A DNA stretch of 64,000 nucleotides from a virus, in the IMG/VR virus record IMGVR_UViG_3300046786_000157, positions 57,220-121,219 of that record, one strand, 5' to 3'. Position 1 is the first letter of the stretch, and every line of letters begins with the position of its first letter. Position numbers and translations under genes: made by a program. A model generated the notes under the pieces. It ran no database searches and had not been told where the DNA came from. It worked only from the letters and a program-made list of their open reading frames with translations. Below are positions 58,681 to 64,000 of the stretch, piece after piece.

Positions 58681-59105
58681 GACAACGCAGAAGAATTACT
58701 ACAGATAAAATACATGAAGTATTTGTAACTTTTGATAAACCCACTGAGGAACAAAAGTTCAAGAGGTCTAAAAAATACAAGCAAATAGTTGATTATATAA
58801 AAATCAATGACTTCATTCTAGACCACGAATACTACCAATCATTATATGATCCTGAGTGGACTAAAGAAGATTATTTAGAAGAACCTGACTACTACAGATT
58901 TTCATTTCTAGTTAAAAAACACGCTAAAGCAGTTGCAAAAGAGTTTGGCTTAGAAATGCAAACCTTTGATACTGAGGGTGAGTGCTGGTGGCATTGGCCG
59001 GATAATGATGATCCTGGCGACCCGGGCAATTCATGCATGCCAGATGGAATGAGTTTCGATGAATGTATGGATATTTACGGTGATATTCCTGGGAACAGAG
59101 GATGA
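58677..59105 (+). CDS. Hypothetical acidic protein
   Basis: 142 aa, ATGA-coupled on both sides. Confidence 0.65.
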   Translation: MRQRRRITTDKIHEVFVTFDKPTEEQKFKRSKKYKQIVDYIKINDFILDHEYYQSLYDPEWTKEDYLEEPDYYRFSFLVKKHAKAVAKEFGLEMQTFDTEGECWWHWPDNDDPGDPGNSCMPDGMSFDECMDIYGDIPGNRG

Positions 59106-59713
59106 AATTAGACGCTGACATTGACATTGACTTTGGCGACAGAGATACTTTATTAAAGCTTATCCCTCATACTACTGCGGCTATGCGTAACGTCAAGCCA
59201 ATGCGTAGACATAATACAGGTGTCTATATCACTGATGTTCCATATGATCCTGTCAATGACATGGCTGCTATTGATTACACCGAAGCAGATAAGCGTGGCT
59301 ATTTTAAGCTAGACTTGCTTAATGTTCATGTATACGAACAAGTCAATAGTGAAGAACATTTAGTTGAGTTGATGGCTGAACCTGACTGGTCTAAACTAAA
59401 TGATAAGAAGTTTGTTGAAAAATTAATTCACTTGGGTAATCACTATCAGTCGTTACAAAAGATGCCTGAGCCAGTGAATACTATTCCTCGGCTTGCTATG
59501 TTTCTAGCACTGATTCGTCCTGCTAAGAAGCATATGATCGGAAAATCTTGGAAAGAAGTCGCAAAGACTATTTGGGATAAAGAAGCTGACGGCTACAGCT
59601 TTAAAAAGAGTCACGCAATTGCATATGCACAATTGGTAGTAGTTCACATGAACCTATTAGTCAAGTCGCTTGACGAGGGTGATACTTCTGCGTTTGCTTC
59701 TGCGTTTGCTTAA
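59102..59713 (+). CDS. Minimal DnaE-like (C-family DNA polymerase) protein, 203 aa
   Basis: DIDIDF, RHNTGVYI, GYFKLDLL, LALIRPA, YSFKKSHAIAY occur in DnaE motif order. Confidence 0.82.
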   Translation: MKLDADIDIDFGDRDTLLKLIPHTTAAMRNVKPMRRHNTGVYITDVPYDPVNDMAAIDYTEADKRGYFKLDLLNVHVYEQVNSEEHLVELMAEPDWSKLNDKKFVEKLIHLGNHYQSLQKMPEPVNTIPRLAMFLALIRPAKKHMIGKSWKEVAKTIWDKEADGYSFKKSHAIAYAQLVVVHMNLLVKSLDEGDTSAFASAFA

Positions 59714-60037
59714 CTCGTTCATACTGCATGCGGGCCCGTGTAGTATTACTAAACTCTTGTTGTTAAATGTTCTGATGTAGGGTTTAAAGATAGCCCAGTC
59801 ATTCTTCAAAAACAAGTTAATCGGAATCAGTCTATTAGATTCCCACCACCAAACTTCCCCCAATTCTAAGAACTTTTCCTTAATGGAAGCATCCACGATT
59901 GCCCCGTAGTCGTAGATGGTAGTGACGACATCATCCCTATTTTGTACAATTCCAACATAGTCTTGATTAGCATAAGAGCAGACTGTTATGAAAGGGTGAT
60001 TTTCGCTTAGTTTCTTGAAGAATTCGTTTTGTATCAT
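59657..60037 (-). CDS. Hypothetical protein; the only convincing minus-strand gene
   Basis: Fills the gap between the DnaE-like gene and 60125; own TAAATA motif on the minus strand (60055..60060); LELGEVWWWESNRLIPINLFL. Confidence 0.75.
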   Translation of the reverse strand: MIQNEFFKKLSENHPFITVCSYANQDYVGIVQNRDDVVTTIYDYGAIVDASIKEKFLELGEVWWWESNRLIPINLFLKNDWAIFKPYIRTFNNKSLVILHGPACSMNELSKRRSKRRSITLVKRLD

Positions 60038-60124
60038 TATTGTAGTTACCCGTTTATTTATCCCCTGGTCCCACTTAAATAAATTAATATTTAATAGACT
60101 AAATACAAGATTGAGAACCAATCT

Positions 60125-60895
60125 ATGTATGCAACTTCAGTTTTTATCTATACTCAGCGCCAAATTGTTGTGCTACTATCCGGGTATTCGCCAAGGAGAT
60201 ATATGCCAGTTTACGCCAAACCATTGACACTACACAAAGGTGTCGATAACCAGATTCAATTCCAGTTCCTGAATCAGGAACAAAAGCCTGTGGACATTAC
60301 AGGCAAAGAAATAACATGCAGAATTATCAACTACACTGGTGGTGAAGTTCTGCTTAGAAAAGCATTAACTTTGCAGTTACCTGCAACGGGCATTGCCGCA
60401 CTTATTGTAGGCCCGTCAGACTTAGAAAATATTGATGCTCAGAAGTGCTATTATACATTAGAGATTCCTGTAGGAGAATTTGATTATCCTGTATTCGTAG
60501 ACCAAAATGCGGGCGCTAGAGGTGACATGAACATTGTCAACTCTGTGTTACCATCATTCATTCCTTCTGAGTCTATTTCTATACCAACCGGACAACCTTT
60601 CCCTAACTTAGATCCTAATGCAAACGCTAATAGCAATGCACAAACTTATTATTCTAGTGTGATTTCAACCAACGACAATCCAGTGTTGTCTATTCAAGCA
60701 CAATACACTCAGTATTACGGAAACGTTATCGTTGAAGGGTCTACGATTGTAGACGGTGATTGGTACCCAATCACGACAGCAACATATTCAAATGTATCTG
60801 ATACAAAAGGATATGTGATACAAGGATATCATCCTTACATAAGGATGCAGTTTGTCAGTAACGTAGGTATAGTGACCAATATATTAGCAAGATAA
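60125..60895 (+). CDS. Hypothetical protein, possibly virion-associated
   Basis: TAAATA upstream; beta-rich composition; HPYIRMQF. Confidence 0.6.
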   Translation: MYATSVFIYTQRQIVVLLSGYSPRRYMPVYAKPLTLHKGVDNQIQFQFLNQEQKPVDITGKEITCRIINYTGGEVLLRKALTLQLPATGIAALIVGPSDLENIDAQKCYYTLEIPVGEFDYPVFVDQNAGARGDMNIVNSVLPSFIPSESISIPTGQPFPNLDPNANANSNAQTYYSSVISTNDNPVLSIQAQYTQYYGNVIVEGSTIVDGDWYPITTATYSNVSDTKGYVIQGYHPYIRMQFVSNVGIVTNILAR

Positions 60896-60945
60896 TTGAC
60901 CTGAAGTGTTGATTATCTAAATAGAACATGCTATAATACACAAGC

Positions 60946-61935
60946 ATGTTTGATATTCTATCTATTATTCCCGGTAAAAAGAAACGAACCCACGGTGGCT
61001 GGGTATCTTTTAACGGAATTTGTTGTCATCATCTTGGTCATAGACCTGATCTCAGAATGAGAGGTGGCATACACGTTGATGGTGGTAATTGGACATATCA
61101 TTGCTTTAACTGTAACTTCAAGTGCGGGTTCACTCTAGGTAAAGCTATTCCCTATAAAGTCAGACAATTATTGACTTGGTGCGGTATTGATGAAAAAGAT
61201 ATCTTACGTTGGAACTTAGAGAGTTTGCAACAGAAAGATTTTATAGACTTCTCAAAGCCTGCGGTACAAATAAATATCAATTTTCAACCAAGACCACTAC
61301 CCGATGATAGTGAAGATTTAAATTTAGATGACCCTAGGCATCTTAGATACATAGAGTATCTAGAACAACGAGGCATACACTACGACAGCTATCCTTTTAA
61401 AGTTACACCCAACAGTACTGGTAAGTACGGTAGTAGAAAAGAACATCGCATCATCGTACCTTATTTTTATAAATCAAAAATAGTAGGGTACACAAGTAGA
61501 TTCTTAGATAACAAATTACCCAAGTACTTAAATGTTCAGCAACAAGGGTATGTATTTAATATGGATGCTCAACATCATGACTGGAGTGTATGTCTTGTCA
61601 CTGAGGGTATCTTTGATGCATTGAGTATTGATGGTGTTGCGTTAATGCACGATGATATTAGCAGTGAACAAGCACTGTTGCTAAGTTCTCTTAATAGACA
61701 AATTATTGTCGTACCTGATCGTGATGAGACTGGTATGAAGATGTGTGATAAAGCACTAGAGTTGGGTTATCAAGTAAGCTTACCTGATTGGGAGCCGGGA
61801 ATAAAAGATGTAAATGATGCAGTTAGTAAGTACGGTAAACTGCCTACACTAATGAGCATCTTACAAAGTGCTACAAACAGTAAAATAAAAATAGAAATGC
61901 AAAGGAAGAAAATTGGCAAACAAAACGGATTCTAA
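60946..61935 (+). CDS. DNA primase (T4 gp61-like)
   Basis: N-terminal Zn motif (CCHH..YHCFNC), Toprim VTEGIFDAL and VPDRDETG. Confidence 0.88.
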   Translation: MFDILSIIPGKKKRTHGGWVSFNGICCHHLGHRPDLRMRGGIHVDGGNWTYHCFNCNFKCGFTLGKAIPYKVRQLLTWCGIDEKDILRWNLESLQQKDFIDFSKPAVQININFQPRPLPDDSEDLNLDDPRHLRYIEYLEQRGIHYDSYPFKVTPNSTGKYGSRKEHRIIVPYFYKSKIVGYTSRFLDNKLPKYLNVQQQGYVFNMDAQHHDWSVCLVTEGIFDALSIDGVALMHDDISSEQALLLSSLNRQIIVVPDRDETGMKMCDKALELGYQVSLPDWEPGIKDVNDAVSKYGKLPTLMSILQSATNSKIKIEMQRKKIGKQNGF

Positions 61936-63376
61936 AAAGCAAATAGAATATACAGTAGAAGTACAAAAGCTATTTTTACGAATGATGTTGACTAACTCAG
62001 AGTTATATACACGTGTAGCGAACATCATGAACCCTGCAAACTTTGACAAGTCATTGAGACCTGCAGTTGAAGCATTCAAAGAAAGCACAGAGAAGTATAG
62101 TACTATCCCTGACCCACAACTACTAGAAGCTACAACTGGTGTTAAGTTAGAACCTATCCCTGAGTTAAACGAAGGTCATTATGATTGGTTCTTAGATGAG
62201 TTCGAAGGCTTCACACGTAGACAAGAACTAGAACGTGCTATTCTAACTGCGGCTGACTTACTTGAGAAAGGTGAGTTTGATCCTGTTGAGAAACTAATTA
62301 AAGATGCGGTGCAAATCTCATTGCAACGTGACATGGGTACAGATTACTTTGCTGACCCGGCTGCACGTATTAACAAATACTTTAACGCAGGTGGACAAGT
62401 TTCAACGGGCTGGCCACAGATGGACAAACTATTGTATGGTGGTTTCAGTCGAGGTGAATTGAATATCTTTGCAGGTGGTTCAGGATCAGGTAAGTCTCTT
62501 GTTATGATGAACATGGCATTGAACTGGTTACAACAAGGTATGAGTGGGGTCTATATCTCACTTGAACTTTCAGAAGAACTAACATCGTTGCGTACTGACG
62601 CTATGCTAACCTCAATGAGTACTAAAGAGATTCGTAAAGCAATTGATGATACTGCATTGAAGGTTCGAATGGTCAGTAAAAAGTCTGGGCAGTATCGTGT
62701 TAAGGGTATGCCTGCTCAAAGTAACGTTAACGACATTCGTAGTTATTTGAAAGAAGTACAGATTCAGACTGGTATCAAAGTTGACTTTGTTATGGTAGAC
62801 TATCTTGATTTGGTTATGCCTGTATCTGTCAAGGTCAGTCCTAACGATCAGTTCATTAAAGACAAGTATGTAGCAGAAGAATTGCGTAACTTGGCTAAGG
62901 AACTTGGTATCTTGTTAGTTACTGCGTCACAGTTGAATCGTACTGCGGTTGATGAAATCGAATTCGATCATAGTCACATTGCAGGTGGTATTTCAAAGAT
63001 TAACACAGCGGATAACGTGTTCGGTATCTTCACTAGCCGTAGTATGCGTGAGCGCGGTAAGTATCAGATTCAGTGTATGAAAAGTCGTAGTTCAACGGGT
63101 GTCGGTCAGAAGATTGACTTGGAATACAACATCGAAACGATGCGTATCACAGACGAAGATCCTGACGGATATGCAGACCAACAAGCAAAATATGCCCCTA
63201 AACCTAGCGGAAACGATATCATGAGTAGAATCAAAGCACAATCAGTAATTTCACATACTATGGATCCCATGATAGACCAAGCTACAGGGGAGATTTTAGA
63301 GCCCGTAGCTAAGAAAGTCGTAGCAGACGTTCGTGGTTCAAAGCTTAAAGCTATGCTCAATGACTTAAGTAAATAA
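61913..63376 (+). CDS. Replicative helicase (DnaB/T4 gp41-like)
   Basis: GGSGSGKS, MVDYLD, TASQLNR, KSRSS. Confidence 0.93.
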   Translation: MANKTDSKKQIEYTVEVQKLFLRMMLTNSELYTRVANIMNPANFDKSLRPAVEAFKESTEKYSTIPDPQLLEATTGVKLEPIPELNEGHYDWFLDEFEGFTRRQELERAILTAADLLEKGEFDPVEKLIKDAVQISLQRDMGTDYFADPAARINKYFNAGGQVSTGWPQMDKLLYGGFSRGELNIFAGGSGSGKSLVMMNMALNWLQQGMSGVYISLELSEELTSLRTDAMLTSMSTKEIRKAIDDTALKVRMVSKKSGQYRVKGMPAQSNVNDIRSYLKEVQIQTGIKVDFVMVDYLDLVMPVSVKVSPNDQFIKDKYVAEELRNLAKELGILLVTASQLNRTAVDEIEFDHSHIAGGISKINTADNVFGIFTSRSMRERGKYQIQCMKSRSSTGVGQKIDLEYNIETMRITDEDPDGYADQQAKYAPKPSGNDIMSRIKAQSVISHTMDPMIDQATGEILEPVAKKVVADVRGSKLKAMLNDLSK

Positions 63377-63413
63377 TTAACTTAAAAGACTAAATACTAT
63401 TAGGATAGTTATT

Positions 63414-63653
63414 ATGCAAAAACAAACTCGCAGCCTGTTAGAGGAATTAGAAGCTATTGGCAATAACCGTGATACTAATCACATTATTGAGAGCCGAGCC
63501 CATAACATTATCACTAGTGCTATTAATCTATTAGAAATGATTAACAAGAACTATGACCAAGATCAAGCTCAAATTCTAGAGAAAAAGCTACTGAGTGCTA
63601 TCAAAAACAGAGATCAGACTCGTTTTGCAAAGTCATTAAGGAAAAAATCGTGA
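63414..63653 (+). CDS. Hypothetical protein
   Basis: TAAATA and AGGA upstream; 79 aa. Confidence 0.7.
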   Translation: MQKQTRSLLEELEAIGNNRDTNHIIESRAHNIITSAINLLEMINKNYDQDQAQILEKKLLSAIKNRDQTRFAKSLRKKS

Positions 63654-64000
63654 AATTAAATGAATTCAAAGTAACAAAGAAAAAGCGTGTAGATGAACTC
63701 GCATTAAATCAAGTTATCGGTGATTACGGCGCAGCCGCTGCCAAACAGATTGGTAATAGACTATTAGGTCGAGGCGAGGGTAATCTATCTGTTAAAGACA
63801 AGATGGCAAAAGACAAGTTCTTGCAAGACTTTATTGGTCGTGCTTCTACTGCATTAGATAGTGCGGTGTCAAGTGGACTAGTTGATCCTAACCTAGGTGG
63901 TGCGGCAACTCCGACCCCACCTGAACCAAAAGAGCCAACTCTTAATCCAGAACCTACCCCGGCACCAGGACCTACTCCAACCCCAGGACCTACACCGGGA
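63650..64000 (+). CDS. Partial ORF (MKLNEF...) with Pro/Thr/Gly repeats, running off the window
   Basis: GTG overlaps the upstream TGA; frame open to 64000; ends ..PAPGPTPTPGPTPG. Confidence 0.7.
   Translation, partial: MKLNEFKVTKKKRVDELALNQVIGDYGAAAAKQIGNRLLGRGEGNLSVKDKMAKDKFLQDFIGRASTALDSAVSSGLVDPNLGGAATPTPPEPKEPTLNPEPTPAPGPTPTPGPTPG

Noticed and set aside
59102-59713. dnaE pseudogene remnant
   Set aside because: The motifs are retained in order within one frame with internal rather than terminal deletions and a coupled start; kept as a finding instead
1468-63360. Numerous minus-strand and alternate-frame ORFs in the track (e.g. 5793..6272, 17641..18144, 23750..24190, 25385..25978, 42913..43407)
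   Set aside because: They lie fully antisense to or inside well-supported genes and have no motifs, RBS or promoter; treated as shadow ORFs
39059-63376. Introns, inteins or homing endonucleases in terL, recA, uvsW or the helicase
   Set aside because: Lengths and motif spacing are normal; no LAGLIDADG, HNH, GIY-YIG or splicing motifs seen
1-64000. Stop-codon reassignment
   Set aside because: Long recognisable genes are intact under the standard code, and TAA, TGA and occasional TAG all end genes at expected positions
63930-64000. 18-nt CCAGGACCTAC.. repeats as a non-coding repeat
   Set aside because: They encode a Pro-Gly-Pro-Thr linker in the ORF that runs off the window

Overview
A 64-kb, gene-dense, AT-rich segment of a large tailed dsDNA phage with T4-like core genes. 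Almost every real gene is on the + strand; one gene, 59657..60037, is on the - strand. Spanin-like lipoproteins, a type IV prepilin motif and the tmRNA tag point to a Gram-negative, probably proteobacterial host (inference). Layout: (1) 1-22.4 kb, a modification-enzyme cluster of radical SAM proteins (two cobalamin-binding), a GDP-mannose 3,5-epimerase-like gene flanked by GT10-like proteins, four SGNH-like proteins, a carbamoyltransferase and a 1579-aa repeat protein. It ends in a circularly permuted (two-piece) tmRNA gene whose intervening segment holds a 44-aa Cys-rich ORF. (2) 22.4-27.3 kb and 46.6-48.5 kb, islands of genes driven by repeated TTGACAATAAAT sigma70 promoter cassettes (AAA ATPases, vWA-metallopeptidase, prepilin-like protein). 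(3) DHFR/thyA, sugar-nucleotide genes, spanins, virion genes and TerL. (4) A replication/recombination block: gp32 SSB, RecA/UvsX, UvsY, UvsW, clamp-loader-like subunit, exonuclease, a 203-aa minimal DnaE-like protein, primase and helicase. It is interrupted by a tandem array of about 10 small paralogous ORFs. All family assignments come from motif recognition by eye; no database search was run, so novelty claims are unverified.
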